Assembly (NCBI GenBank): GCA_963755155.1
Contig: CAVWIV010000004.1
Span: forward strand, 24,386 to 88,385
DNA length: 64,000 nucleotides
Source: an uncultured Actinomycetes bacterium
GTDB lineage: Bacteria > Actinomycetota > Thermoleophilia > Gaiellales > Gaiellaceae
Direction: 5' to 3'
Position 1 is the stretch's first letter, and every line of letters begins with the position of its first letter. Made by a program: the position numbers and the translations under genes. The notes beneath the pieces were generated by a model. The model searched no databases and was not told the DNA's origin. It worked only from the letters and a program-made list of their open reading frames with translations. Below, one piece after another: positions 1 to 10,582 of this stretch.

Positions 1-262
1 GCTGATCGGGTTCGTGAACGTCGCCTGGGACGGTTGTGACCACGCGTTCCTGATCGACACGAAGGTTCGCCCCGATCACCAACGGCGGGGGATCGGCACC
101 GAGCTCGTCCGCATCGCCGCATGGCACGCAAAGGAGGCCGGATGCGAGTGGCTGGAGGTCGACTTCGACGAGCCCCTCGCCCCGTTCTACTACGACGCCT
201 GCGGGTTCGTCCCGACACCGGCCGGGCTCGTACATCTTCCTGACGTCGAGAAGCCCTCCTAG
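1..262 (+). CDS. GNAT-family N-acetyltransferase, C-terminal part (5' end outside window)
   Basis: The frame of ORF 14..262 is open to the window edge. It carries the acetyl-CoA pocket signature (HQRRGIGTELV) and a C-terminal FYYDACGF typical of GNAT folds. Confidence 0.75.
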   Translation, partial: LIGFVNVAWDGCDHAFLIDTKVRPDHQRRGIGTELVRIAAWHAKEAGCEWLEVDFDEPLAPFYYDACGFVPTPAGLVHLPDVEKPS

Positions 263-273
263 CGGCGCTCGAA

Positions 274-302
274 GACAGATGCGGGCTCTGCCCGCGTCTG
301 TC
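274..302. terminator. GC-rich hairpin downstream of the GNAT fragment
   Basis: gacagaTgcgggc-tct-gcccgcGtctgtc: 12 paired positions plus one T.G wobble, starting 12 nt after the stop at 262. Confidence 0.4.
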
Positions 303-332
303 ACGCTCGCGTCCGACTCCGATGTAGTCACC

Positions 333-361
333 CGCCCGAAAGTGCGCAGCACTTTCGGGCG
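333..361. terminator. Perfect 13-bp stem hairpin between the GNAT gene and the 3' end of tRNA-Leu
   Basis: cgcccgaaagtgc-gca-gcactttcgggcg. It lies 7 nt beyond the tRNA 3' end on the minus strand and is symmetric, so it could terminate both convergent transcripts. Confidence 0.55.
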
Positions 362-367
362 CGAACA

Positions 368-453
368 TGCGCTGGAGAGGACTTGAACCTCCACGACCTT
401 TTACGGTCACCAGGCCCTCAACCTGGCGCGTCTACCAATTCCGCCACCAGCGC
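368..453 (-). tRNA. tRNA-Leu, anticodon GAG
   Basis: Reverse complement reads GCGCTGG-TG-GCGGAATTGGTAGACGC-G-CCAGG-TTGAGGG-CCTGG-(long variable arm TGACCGTAAAAGGTCG)-TGGAGGTTCAAGTCCTCT-CCAGCGC-A. It has a 7-bp acceptor stem, a 7-nt anticodon loop with U33-GAG-G37, a class II variable arm and a GGTTCAAGTCC T-loop. CCA is not encoded. Confidence 0.93.
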
Positions 454-480
454 GCGAAGCGCAGTTTACCGAGCCGGGTC

Positions 481-702
481 TTACTCCAGAGCCTGGAAGA
501 GCGCGATCGAGTTCAGGAAGAACAGCGTGCCAACAACGACCGTTAGCCGCGTGAGATTGCGCTCGACGATGTGCGTTCCACCCTGCGAGGCGGGCGTGAA
601 GCCCATGCCGCCGAAGCCCGTGTCACGCCCCGAGTGCATGAGGATGAGCGTGATCAGGCCAGCGGAGAGCAGCACCTGGGTGACAGCAAGGAGGGCGACC
701 AC
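481..702 (-). CDS. secG: Preprotein translocase subunit SecG
   Basis: 73 aa with two hydrophobic helices flanking a Gly-rich loop (MHSGRDTGFGGMGFTPASQGG), the typical SecG layout. It sits immediately upstream of a tRNA-Leu on the same strand, a common secG-tRNA-Leu arrangement. Confidence 0.85.
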   Translation of the reverse strand: MVALLAVTQVLLSAGLITLILMHSGRDTGFGGMGFTPASQGGTHIVERNLTRLTVVVGTLFFLNSIALFQALE

Positions 703-723
703 AGCGCCTCTAGACTAGCCGAC

Positions 724-921
724 GTGGAGCCGGCAGAGGCGCGCGAACGGATCCAGAAGCTCCTCGTGACGGGCGACAACCGGCTGAAGCAAGGGGTCGC
801 TCACGAGAAGGTGCGCGAGACATATGAAGAGGCCTTGCGCGTGGCGACCGAGGCCGGGCTCGAGGAGCAGGTGCGGCCGCTCGTGGAGATCCGGTTGTCA
901 GATCTCGACCAGCTGGTTTAG
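724..921 (+). CDS. Hypothetical small helical protein (about 65 aa)
   Basis: GTG at 724 is the first start in the ORF 571..921 frame that clears secG. Third-codon positions are strongly G/C-rich. No recognisable motif and no obvious Shine-Dalgarno. Confidence 0.4.
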   Translation: MEPAEARERIQKLLVTGDNRLKQGVAHEKVRETYEEALRVATEAGLEEQVRPLVEIRLSDLDQLV

Positions 922-948
922 CCTCCTCCAAACTCTACGGAGGGAGCC

Positions 949-1653
949 ATGACCGATTCACTGCAGAAGTACCTGGCCGAGCTGCTCGGCACGTTCACGC
1001 TCGTCTTCGTCGGCACGATGGGGATCCTCGCCGTGCGAGGCGAGGTCAGCAGCACCAACATCGCCATCGCGTTCACGTTCGGCCTCGCGCTGCTGGCTGG
1101 GCTCTACGCCTTCGCGGATGTCTCCGGAGGGCACTTCAACCCCGGCGTCTCGCTCGCGATGTTCCTCGACAAGCGGCTCGACCTGCCGCACATGATCGGC
1201 TACTGGATCTCCCAGCTGGCCGGAGCGGTGCTGGGCTCGCTCTGCGTGCTCATCGCGTTCAACCAGGACGCCGTGGCGCTGACCGCGACGTTGCCTGGCC
1301 CATCTGGCACCGGAACGGCGTTGTTCCTCGAGTTGCTCGCAACGGCGATCTTCGTGCTCGTCATCCTCAACTCGTCGGCCCTCGAACGGCACGCGGGCAC
1401 CGCCCTCGTCGCGATCCCGCTGACGCTCGTAGCGGCACACCTGGCGCTCATTCCGTTCAGCGGCTCCTCGCTCAACACGGCGCGGAGCTTCGGGCCGGCG
1501 CTCATCGGTTCCGAGTGGACGGACTTCTGGGTCTACATCGTCGGCCCGATCGGCGGAGCGATCGTCGGGTGGCTCGTGTACTCGGTCGTCGTCAAGGGGC
1601 CCAAGACGGCGGAGGTCCCGCCGCCGCCGCCACCCCCGCCGGCTAGCGCGTAA
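949..1653 (+). CDS. MIP-family channel (aquaporin/glycerol-facilitator type) with non-canonical NPG / NTA boxes and a poly-Pro tail
   Basis: Six predicted TM segments. The first box is SGGHFNPGVSLA and the second is SGSSLNTARSFGPAL, where MIPs normally carry NPA. The C-terminus is EVPPPPPPPPASA. RBS ggaggga lies 5 nt upstream of the ATG. Confidence 0.85.
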   Translation: MTDSLQKYLAELLGTFTLVFVGTMGILAVRGEVSSTNIAIAFTFGLALLAGLYAFADVSGGHFNPGVSLAMFLDKRLDLPHMIGYWISQLAGAVLGSLCVLIAFNQDAVALTATLPGPSGTGTALFLELLATAIFVLVILNSSALERHAGTALVAIPLTLVAAHLALIPFSGSSLNTARSFGPALIGSEWTDFWVYIVGPIGGAIVGWLVYSVVVKGPKTAEVPPPPPPPPASA

Positions 1654-2633
1654 CCCGCTCGAGGATCGTCTCGATCCGCTCGGCCTGGCGGCGCACGTCG
1701 TGGCTCTCGGCCGCGGCGCGCGCCGCCGGGTTCGGGCACGGGAGGGCAGCTGGCAGCGCTGAGCCCGCGGGCGATGTCGTCGACGTCGAGCGGATCGACG
1801 AGGACGCCCGACTCCTCGCTGACGAACTCGGGCGGCCCGCCGACGTTCGTCGCGACGACCGAGCGGCCCATGGCCATCGCCTCGAGCAGCGCCTGGCCCA
1901 GCGGCTCGACGAGGCTCGGCTGGCAGACGACGCGTGCGGCGGCGATGTGCTCTCGGACCTCGTCGTGCGGAATGGCGCCGACGAGCTGCACGCCGCGCCG
2001 GCCGGAGAGCGCAGGCCGTAGCGGCCCGTCGCCGACGAGCGTCAGCATCGCGGCCTGGTCGTCCAACCGCTCGAAGGCCTCCGCGAGCCGCACGACGTTC
2101 TTGCGCTCGGTCAGCGTGCCGACGAAGAGGTACGACGTCGGGCCGGCCGGCGCCGGAGCGACGGCGAACCGCTCGACGTCGACTCCGCAGTCGACCACCT
2201 CGGTCTTGCCGCGCGCCTCCGGAACGGCGCGCTCGAGCTCGCCCCGGAGATAGCCGGACACGGCGACGACGGCCGCCGCCCTGCGACAGACCCAGCGAGT
2301 CGCCCGGCGAACTACGGCTCTCGAAGCAGCGTTCGCGACGTCCTGGCCGTGGGCGGTGACGACGAGCGGCGCCCGCGACGCGAGAGCGGCCACGAGACCC
2401 GCGGGCACGAGAAAGTGCGCGTAGACGACGTCCGGCCGGAACGCCCGCGCGGCCCGCCTCGCGTCGCGGGCGAGCGCGACGTAACGCCCTCTCCCGCCCT
2501 TGCGCCGGTCGACGACCGCGCGCCCGATCTCGTGCCCGCGCTCCCGAAGCGTTGCCTCGATGCCCTGAACGAAGACTCCGAAGTCCGGGTCATCAGGCCC
2601 CGGGTACATCTGCGAAACGAGGAGGATTCGCAA
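1643..2633 (-). CDS. GT4-family (GT-B) glycosyltransferase; one inferred frame break near 1750
   Basis: Starts MRILLVSQMYPGPDDPDFGVFV and contains PSLVEPLGQALLEAMAMGRSVVATNVGGPPEFV (E-x7-E region). After DIARGLSAA the called frame (ORF 1533..2633) becomes Arg/Gly/Pro junk and runs 120 nt into the MIP gene. The neighbouring frame reads AALPCPNPAARAAAESHDVRRQAERIETILERVTR and stops at 1643. Confidence 0.8.
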
Positions 2634-2642
2634 CGCGGCGGA

Positions 2643-4072
2643 TCAGCCGCGAACGACCTGGACGATGCCGAGGCACATCTCGTCGGTCGTCCCCTCGCCC
2701 CAGAGCACGTACCTCGGCGTCTTCGGGATGCCGTGGCCGCCGTGGTGCCGCCGCATGGGATCGAAGCGGCACGTCACGCGAACGACGTCGCCGGGCTTCG
2801 CCTCGACCGGATCTGCGAGCTCGTATGCGTTCTGCCAGTGGAAGTCCCAGCGCGGGATGTCGAGCAGCACCTTGCTGTCGGCGCGGCCGGGGTTGAGCTC
2901 GATGCGAATCGACTTGCCGAGCAGGTGCATGTGCCCCGCGACCATGTGAATCGTCGTCGCGACCGGAACGTTGCGGTCGCACGTGGAGACCGTCGATGCC
3001 TTCGGCTTCGCGGCGTCCTTGCCGCAGAAGAACAGCAACGCGCCCGGCACGACCGCGGCGAGCGAGCCGTACTTGCGGCCGAGGTCGGCGAGCGCCGCGT
3101 CACGGTTGCACAGGCGCCCCTTCTCCCCCTTGACGCAGGCGAGCTCGACCGGCGCGGGCAGCAGCACCGTCTCCAGCGAGTCGAGCCCCGCGGGCTGTGC
3201 GAGCGCAAACACCGCGCGGGAGCGGTCGGGCGCTCCGCCGTTCACGAGGTTGTAGTGCACCTGCATCACGACGAGGCTGCCCTTCGGCAGGGAGACGCCG
3301 GTGCCGTCGGGAAGGCGGCCCGATCCCCAGCCCGGCGCCCAAGCGGAGATCCATGGCGCGTCGTCGAGCGCCGGCTGTCCGGAGTTGACGCCGATGCCGC
3401 CGAAGCACGACCAGCCGGCGCCGGCGGACGCGGCATCGAGTTGCTTCGCGCCGGCCGTCGCAGTCGCGGGGATGCGGAAGAGGATCACGTGGTGCACGAC
3501 CGAGCGGGCGCCCGGCCGGATGCTCGCCGACGTCGCGTAGGCGTCCTCCGTGAGCTTCGGGTCGAGCAGGAAGCAGCGGTAGTCGTCGGTGACGCCGGCC
3601 TTCGCCTTCGGGTTGTACGTCGCCGGCATCGCGAGCGTGAGCAGGCGCTCGCCGGAGCGAACCTCGGTCGTCACAGCGGCCGGCTTGCCAACCGTGCCCG
3701 ACGCCTTCCCGCCCGCCTTCGCCCAGCGCACGAGCGTCGATCGCTCGGGCGCCGTCAGCTGCCTCGTGTCCTCACCGACGTACTCCGGCGACGCCGGGCC
3801 AGGCGGCCACGGCGGCATGACCTTCGCATCCACGGCCGCCCCGATCGCCTGCGCCCACTTCGTGGCCTGTTTCGCCGTCTGGAGCGAGAACGGCGCGATC
3901 CCGCCGAGCTGGTGGCAACCCGTGCACTTCTCGCGGAGGATCGGGGCAACGTCTCGCTGGAAGCTCGGCGCAGCGGCGGGCGCGCGATCGTTCCGGTCGC
4001 CGCGCGAGGCGGCGACGGCGACGATCGGCACGAGCAGCGCGGCGGTGACAGCGACTGCGACGGGAGCTCGCC

Positions 4073-4076
<4 letters not shown>
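2643..4076 (-). CDS. Secreted copper type II (PHM/DBH-like) monooxygenase homologue with an N-terminal CxxCH heme-c-type motif
   Basis: Signal peptide MRRAPVAVAVTAALLVPIVAVAAS. The motif CTGCH sits in FQRDVAPILREKCTGCHQLGGIAPFSL. All six PHM-type copper ligand positions are recognisable: SVVHHVILF, MQVHYN, AGHMHLLG and TTDEMC. The start overlaps the mutase stop (ATGA). Confidence 0.75.
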
Positions 4077-5642
<1,566 letters not shown>

Positions 5643-5659
<17 letters not shown>

Positions 5660-6587
5660 GCTCCAATCGTACGTCCGCCGGGCCGCGCATCGTCAGTGTG
5701 CTCCGGCTCGGCTCGGGCCGGTAGCCGAGCTTGGCGTTCAGCGTCCGCATCGGGAGGTTTCGCTCCTCGCTGCCGGTGACGAGCCGCTCGAAGCCGGCAC
5801 GCTTCGCGGCGGCGATCTGCGTTCGCTTGAGCGCGGTGGCGACGCCGCGTCGGCGCCAGGCGCGCCGAACCGCCGTCAAGCCGTTGAGACCGTCACGGCC
5901 CTGGTCGTCCATCGAGACATACCCGACCGGCTCACCGTTGGCGACCGCGACGAAGAGCAGGTCGCGCCGCCGCGTCGGCCGATCGAGCTCGATCGCGCGC
6001 CACTGCTCGAAGCTCATGTCGCCCGGAGTGCCCGGAATGTCGGCCGCTGCCTCTACGCCCACTGCGTAGAGCGCGTCCGCCAGCTCCGGACGGTCGGCCA
6101 GGGACACGATCTCCACGTCCGGCGGGACGCGCACGGGCTCGGGCTCGAGCGCCGTGAGGTCCAGCGCGACGGCCTGCTCTCCGCCGACGACGCGGTAGCC
6201 ACGCCGGCCGAGGTACTCCTGCGACTCGACGTCGCTCTCGACGACCTCGCCTTCCAGCTCCGGCCGGCCGGCCTTCGCGGCTCGGCGTCCGAGATCCGCG
6301 AGCAGCGCCGAGCCGATGCCGCGCCGCCGTAAGGCGGGGACGACGACGAGATGGACCCGCGCGAGGTCGTCGGGCCACGGATCGACGAACCCGCAGCCTG
6401 CGGGGTCTCCGCCGAATCGCGCGATGACATAGACGAGCGTCTCGTTGGCGGCGAGGTTGTGCCGCAGATTCTCGAGCCGCGGCGGCGGCCGGTCGGGATC
6501 GGCGGCGGTGCGAACGGCGATCATCACTTCGAGGTCGGTGTCGCTCTGCGCGCGCACGACCGAGAGGCCGGGAACAGCCTGAGTCAT
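5643..6587 (-). CDS. Tandem-GNAT acetyltransferase (two GNAT domains)
   Basis: Two acetyl-CoA motifs (VVPALRRRGIGSALL and VRRAWRRRGVATALK) in one 314-aa ORF. Its stop overlaps the mutase start by 17 nt. Confidence 0.8.
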
Positions 6588-6711
6588 GGTGAGCTCTCCT
6601 TGGGGAGTCGGGAACGTCAGCCGGACGGCTGCGTCACGTGCGAACTGGGTTTGGCATAGCGCACCTCCCGACTGGAGAGCCTGCGAAGCGATCGTAGTGT
6701 CTACTTTCGTC

Positions 6712-7347
6712 GTGGTGCAAGTCCGTGTGAGGCTGTTCGCGGGGCTGCGGGAGCGGGCAGGCTGGTCGGAGCGAGAGCTCGACGGCGTCGAGCGCGTGGC
6801 CGACGTCTGGGCCGCGCTCGAGCTCGGAAACGAGCCGCCGGGCCTCCTCTACGCGGTCAACCGCGCGTACGCCGCACCCGACCGGGAGCTGGCAGACGGC
6901 GACGAGGTGGCGCTCATACCGCCCGTCTCGGGCGGCGCGTTCCGGCTCAGCTCTGAGCCTCTCGACGTGGCGGCGGTCGTCGCCGAGGTCGCGGACGAGC
7001 GCGCCGGCGGCACCGCGGTCTTCGTCGGCACGACGCGCGTCCAGTCTCGCGGCCGGACGGTTCTCCACCTCGACTACGAGGCTTACGAGGGCATGGCCGA
7101 GCAGGTCATGGCCGACCTGGCGGCCGAGCTCGAACGCGAGTACGACCTCTGCGCCGTGGCCATGGCCCACCGCGTCGGCCGCGTCGGGATCGGCGAGTCG
7201 TCGGTCGTGATCGCCGTGTCCGCACCCCACCGCGAGGACGCCCTCGCGGCGTGCAAGGACGCCATCGACCGCCTCAAGGAGACCGTGCCGCTCTGGAAGA
7301 AGGAGGTCTACGAAGGCGGCGAGGAGTGGATCGGCCGGGGCTCGTAA
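6712..7347 (+). CDS. Molybdopterin synthase MoaD-MoaE fusion protein
   Basis: The N-terminal roughly 75 aa is a MoaD/ThiS-like beta-grasp ending EVALIPPVSGG. It is directly followed by a MoaE domain (AVFVGTTRVQSRGRTVLHLDYEAYEGMAE...MAHRVGRVGIGESSVVIAVSAPHREDALAACKDAIDRLKETVPLWKKE). The start is placed at the in-frame GTG 6712/6715, because the upstream part of ORF 6586..7347 is not MoaD-like. Confidence 0.85.
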   Translation: MVQVRVRLFAGLRERAGWSERELDGVERVADVWAALELGNEPPGLLYAVNRAYAAPDRELADGDEVALIPPVSGGAFRLSSEPLDVAAVVAEVADERAGGTAVFVGTTRVQSRGRTVLHLDYEAYEGMAEQVMADLAAELEREYDLCAVAMAHRVGRVGIGESSVVIAVSAPHREDALAACKDAIDRLKETVPLWKKEVYEGGEEWIGRGS

Positions 7348-7369
7348 GCCTTGCGGCTACCGTAAGCAC

Positions 7370-8260
7370 GTGGATCCAGTCATCCGCAGAGAACCGAAGG
7401 AGCCCGAGGAGAACGGGCAGCTCGACGAGTACGGCTTCGAGCCGGTGGAGCGCGGCTACGAGCCGATCCACCCGGCCTCGCCGTGGCGCGACATGCTTAG
7501 GAAGTTCTGGGCGCCGATCGCGCTCATCGGCTTCGTGCTCTGGAAGTTCAAGGCCGCGTTCGCCGCGATCTTCAAGCTCAAGCTCTTCACGGTCGTCGGC
7601 TCGGCGTTCGTCTCCGTTGCCGCGTACGCGCTCATCTGGGGCTGGCAGTTCGGGCTCGGCTTCGTGCTCCTCCTCTTCGTCCACGAGCTCGGGCACGTGG
7701 CGGTCGCGAAGTACCAGGGCCTACCCGTCTCGGCGCCGGTCTTCATCCCGTTCATGGGTGCGCTCATCCTCATGAAGGAGATGCCGCAGAACGCCTGGAA
7801 GGAGGCGCAGATCGCTCTCGGGGGACCCATCGTCGGCGCTCTGGGGGCAGCCGCTTGCTGGGGGCTCGGCGAGGCGATGGGCTCGGATCTTCTGATCGCG
7901 CTCGCCTATGTCGGCTTCTTCCTCAATCTCTTCAACCTCATCCCCGTGCTGCCACTCGACGGTGGCCGCGCTATCGGCGCCGTGCACCCCGTCTTCTGGG
8001 TGCTCGGCGCCGCCGTCCTCGTCGTGGCCGCCGTCCTCTGGCTGAGCCCTGTCGTGCTGCTCCTCGTCGCCGTGCTCGGCGGCTTCGAGCTTTATGGGCG
8101 GGCGAAGGACTGGTGGCGTAACCGCGGCGTCGAGGGCGGCAACCGCTACTACGCGATCAAGCCGTGGCAGCGGCTCGCCGTCGGCGCCGTCTACGTAGGC
8201 CTGACCGCCGTGCTCGTCCTCGGCATGGCGGCGACGCAGATTCCCCAGGATCGCCTCTGA
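7370..8260 (+). CDS. Site-2 protease family (M50) membrane metalloprotease
   Basis: HELGHVAVAKYQG (HExxH) in a TM helix, plus LNLFNLIPVLPLDGGR (the second M50 motif). Multiple TM segments. Confidence 0.85.
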   Translation: MDPVIRREPKEPEENGQLDEYGFEPVERGYEPIHPASPWRDMLRKFWAPIALIGFVLWKFKAAFAAIFKLKLFTVVGSAFVSVAAYALIWGWQFGLGFVLLLFVHELGHVAVAKYQGLPVSAPVFIPFMGALILMKEMPQNAWKEAQIALGGPIVGALGAAACWGLGEAMGSDLLIALAYVGFFLNLFNLIPVLPLDGGRAIGAVHPVFWVLGAAVLVVAAVLWLSPVVLLLVAVLGGFELYGRAKDWWRNRGVEGGNRYYAIKPWQRLAVGAVYVGLTAVLVLGMAATQIPQDRL

Positions 8261-8928
8261 TGCCCACCGAGGACGTCCGGATCCTCGAGCGCTGCGATCC
8301 GGACCTCGACGAGCACGTGGCGATGATCGCCGACGAGTTCCGCAAGGGCTTCCTGGCCGTCGAGTCGATCGGCGTGCCGGGCGTAACGGTCTTCGGGTCG
8401 GCCCGCACGGCCGAGGGTGACCCGTGGTACGACAACGCGCGGAATTTCGGGCGACTTGTCGTCGACGCCGGCTTCGCCGTCGTGACCGGGGGCGGTCCGG
8501 GCGTCATGGAAGCAGCCAACCGGGGGGCCCAGGAGGCGGGCGGCGTGTCCGTCGGCTTCAACATCCTGCTGCCGCACGAGCAGGACCTGAACCCGTATTG
8601 CGACATCGGCATGACGTTCCACCACTTCTACGCGCGAAAGGTGATGCTCGTGAAGGCCGCCGAGGCACTCGTGCTCTTTCCCGGCGGCTTCGGCACGCTC
8701 GACGAGCTGTTCGAGTCGCTGACCCTTATCCAGACGGGGAAGGTCCAGAACTTCCCGGTGTGCCTGCTCGGCTGCCAGCACTGGCAGCCACTGGTCGAAT
8801 GGCTGGACGAGCTGTGCGAGCGCCGACTCATTTCGCGTGGGGACCTCGACCTCGTCAGCGTCACGGACGACCCGGCCGAGGCGATCACCGTGATCACCGC
8901 GCACTACACACGCAAGGTCACCGTCTAA
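8260..8928 (+). CDS. LOG-family (TIGR00730-type) Rossmann-fold nucleotide-binding protein
   Basis: VTGGGPGVMEAANRGA and LFPGGFGTLDELFE motifs. ATG 8260 overlaps the M50 stop (ATGA). The part of ORF 8164..8928 upstream of it is Arg-rich junk. Confidence 0.85.
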   Translation: MPTEDVRILERCDPDLDEHVAMIADEFRKGFLAVESIGVPGVTVFGSARTAEGDPWYDNARNFGRLVVDAGFAVVTGGGPGVMEAANRGAQEAGGVSVGFNILLPHEQDLNPYCDIGMTFHHFYARKVMLVKAAEALVLFPGGFGTLDELFESLTLIQTGKVQNFPVCLLGCQHWQPLVEWLDELCERRLISRGDLDLVSVTDDPAEAITVITAHYTRKVTV

Positions 8929-8929
8929 G

Positions 8930-9739
8930 TCAGCCGCGGCGGCGAAAGCCGTAGTCGAGCAGGTGAATCGTGTCGCGGTAGTGGTCGGGTGAGTCGAGGA
9001 CGACGGTGATGAGCCGAATGCCATGCCGCGTCGCCGACGCGACGAGGCACCGCCCGGCAGCACGCGTCCAGCCGGTCTTCACGCCGTCGGCGCCCGCGTA
9101 GCGCCCGAGGAGCTTGTTGTGGTTCTCGTAGAGCTTTGCCCGCACGGGCGGCTTCCACCACACGCGCTTCGCCTTCGTGGCCACGATCTTGCGGAAGCGC
9201 GGCACGCCCAGGGCGTACCGGGTGAGCAGCGCGAGGTCGTGGACGGTCGAGTAGTTCCCTTCGTCGATGAGCCCGCTCGCGGAGCGGTATTGCGTATTGC
9301 GCAGGCCGAGCGCGCGGGCTTTCTTGTTCATGAGCTTCAGGAATCGCTCCCGCGTGCCGCCGGCGGCCTCGGCAAGCGCGACCGCGGTGTCGTTGGCCGA
9401 GGCGAGCAGCAGGCCGTAGTAGAGCTTCCACGCGGGCACGCGCTCGCCGGCTCTCAGGCCCTCTCCATACGGGACGCGGGACGCCTTGCGCGTCACCCGG
9501 ACGATGTCATTGGGACGGAGGTGCTCCATCGCCACGAGCGCCGTCATGATCTTCGTCGTCGACGCGATCGGCCGGCGCATGTGCTCCCGCTTCGCCCAGA
9601 GCACGCGTCCCGTCCCTGCGTCGATGACGATCGCGGCCGGTGCCTTGACCTTCGGGACCTTCGCGGGCGGGGCGCCGCTGGCAGCTCCACCGGCGACAAG
9701 GGCCGCGAGACCAGCGACGACAACCCAACGCCAGGGCAC
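8930..9739 (-). CDS. D-alanyl-D-alanine carboxypeptidase (S11, PBP5/DacB-like)
   Basis: N-terminal signal/anchor, then SxxK (ASTTKIM), SxN (SANDTA) and KTG (VKTGWT). Confidence 0.88.
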   Translation of the reverse strand: MPWRWVVVAGLAALVAGGAASGAPPAKVPKVKAPAAIVIDAGTGRVLWAKREHMRRPIASTTKIMTALVAMEHLRPNDIVRVTRKASRVPYGEGLRAGERVPAWKLYYGLLLASANDTAVALAEAAGGTRERFLKLMNKKARALGLRNTQYRSASGLIDEGNYSTVHDLALLTRYALGVPRFRKIVATKAKRVWWKPPVRAKLYENHNKLLGRYAGADGVKTGWTRAAGRCLVASATRHGIRLITVVLDSPDHYRDTIHLLDYGFRRRG

Positions 9740-9763
9740 GGCGAACGAGTGTAGCGTCGGGTC

Positions 9764-10582
9764 ATGAAGGACGAGCTCGACGCTGCGGTCGCGGCCGTCC
9801 GTGCCCGCGCGGACGTCTCACCCGCGATCGGCGTCGTGCTCGGGAGCGGTCTCGGCGGGTTCGCAGACGCGCTCGACGACGCGGTCGAGGTCCCGTACGA
9901 GGACATCCCGGGCTGGCCGGTGGCCACGGCAATCGGCCACGCTGGCACGCTCGTCATCGGCTCCTTCGGCGGCGTACCGGTGGCGGTCATGCGCGGCCGC
10001 GCGCATCTCTACGAGGGACTGTCCCCAACGAAGGTCGTCTTCGGCATCCGCGTGCTCGGCTTGCTCGGCGTCCGCACGCTCGTGCTGACGAACGCCGTCG
10101 GCGCAATCGACGACAGGCTCAGGCCGGGGCAGCTCGCACTCATCTCCGATCACATCAACCTCCAGGGACAGTCCCCGCTCGTCGGTACGAACGACGAGAG
10201 CCTCGGGCCGCGCTTTCCGGACTTGTCCGACGCGTATGACGCCGGGCTACGCGCAGCGGCACGGGAGGCCGCCGGCCGGCTCGGCCTCGACCTCGGCGAG
10301 GGCGTGTACGCCGCGTGGCTCGGCCCCGCGTTCGAGACTCCGGCCGAGATCCGCATGCTCCGCACGCTCGGCGCCGACCTCGTCGGCATGTCGCTCGCGC
10401 CGGAAGTCCTCGCCGCGCGGCACATGGGCATCCGCTGCCTCGCGATCTCCTGCGTGACGAACCTCGCGGCCGGCGTGTCCCCGGAGCGCATCGACCACGA
10501 GCGGGTGCTCGAGGTCGGCGCTCAGGCTGCTGGCTCGCTCGTCGCGCTCTTACGGGAGCTGGTTCCTACACTTTCGGCGTGA
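9764..10582 (+). CDS. punA: Purine nucleoside phosphorylase (trimeric PNP/PunA type)
   Basis: IGVVLGSGLGGFAD, GHAGTLVIGSFGGVPVAVMRGRAHLYEG and GMSLAPEVLAARHMG are typical of PNP family 2. Confidence 0.88.
   Translation: MKDELDAAVAAVRARADVSPAIGVVLGSGLGGFADALDDAVEVPYEDIPGWPVATAIGHAGTLVIGSFGGVPVAVMRGRAHLYEGLSPTKVVFGIRVLGLLGVRTLVLTNAVGAIDDRLRPGQLALISDHINLQGQSPLVGTNDESLGPRFPDLSDAYDAGLRAAAREAAGRLGLDLGEGVYAAWLGPAFETPAEIRMLRTLGADLVGMSLAPEVLAARHMGIRCLAISCVTNLAAGVSPERIDHERVLEVGAQAAGSLVALLRELVPTLSA

Noticed and set aside
6588-6711. Possible Moco riboswitch in the leader of the moaD-moaE fusion (contains CACCUCCCGACUGGAGAGCCUG, loosely reminiscent of the conserved CCUCCGAG core)
   Set aside because: The intergenic region is only 124 nt and is shared with a divergent gene. 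I cannot reconstruct the full multi-stem Moco motif by eye. A covariance-model scan (Rfam Moco RNA motif) is needed before any call.
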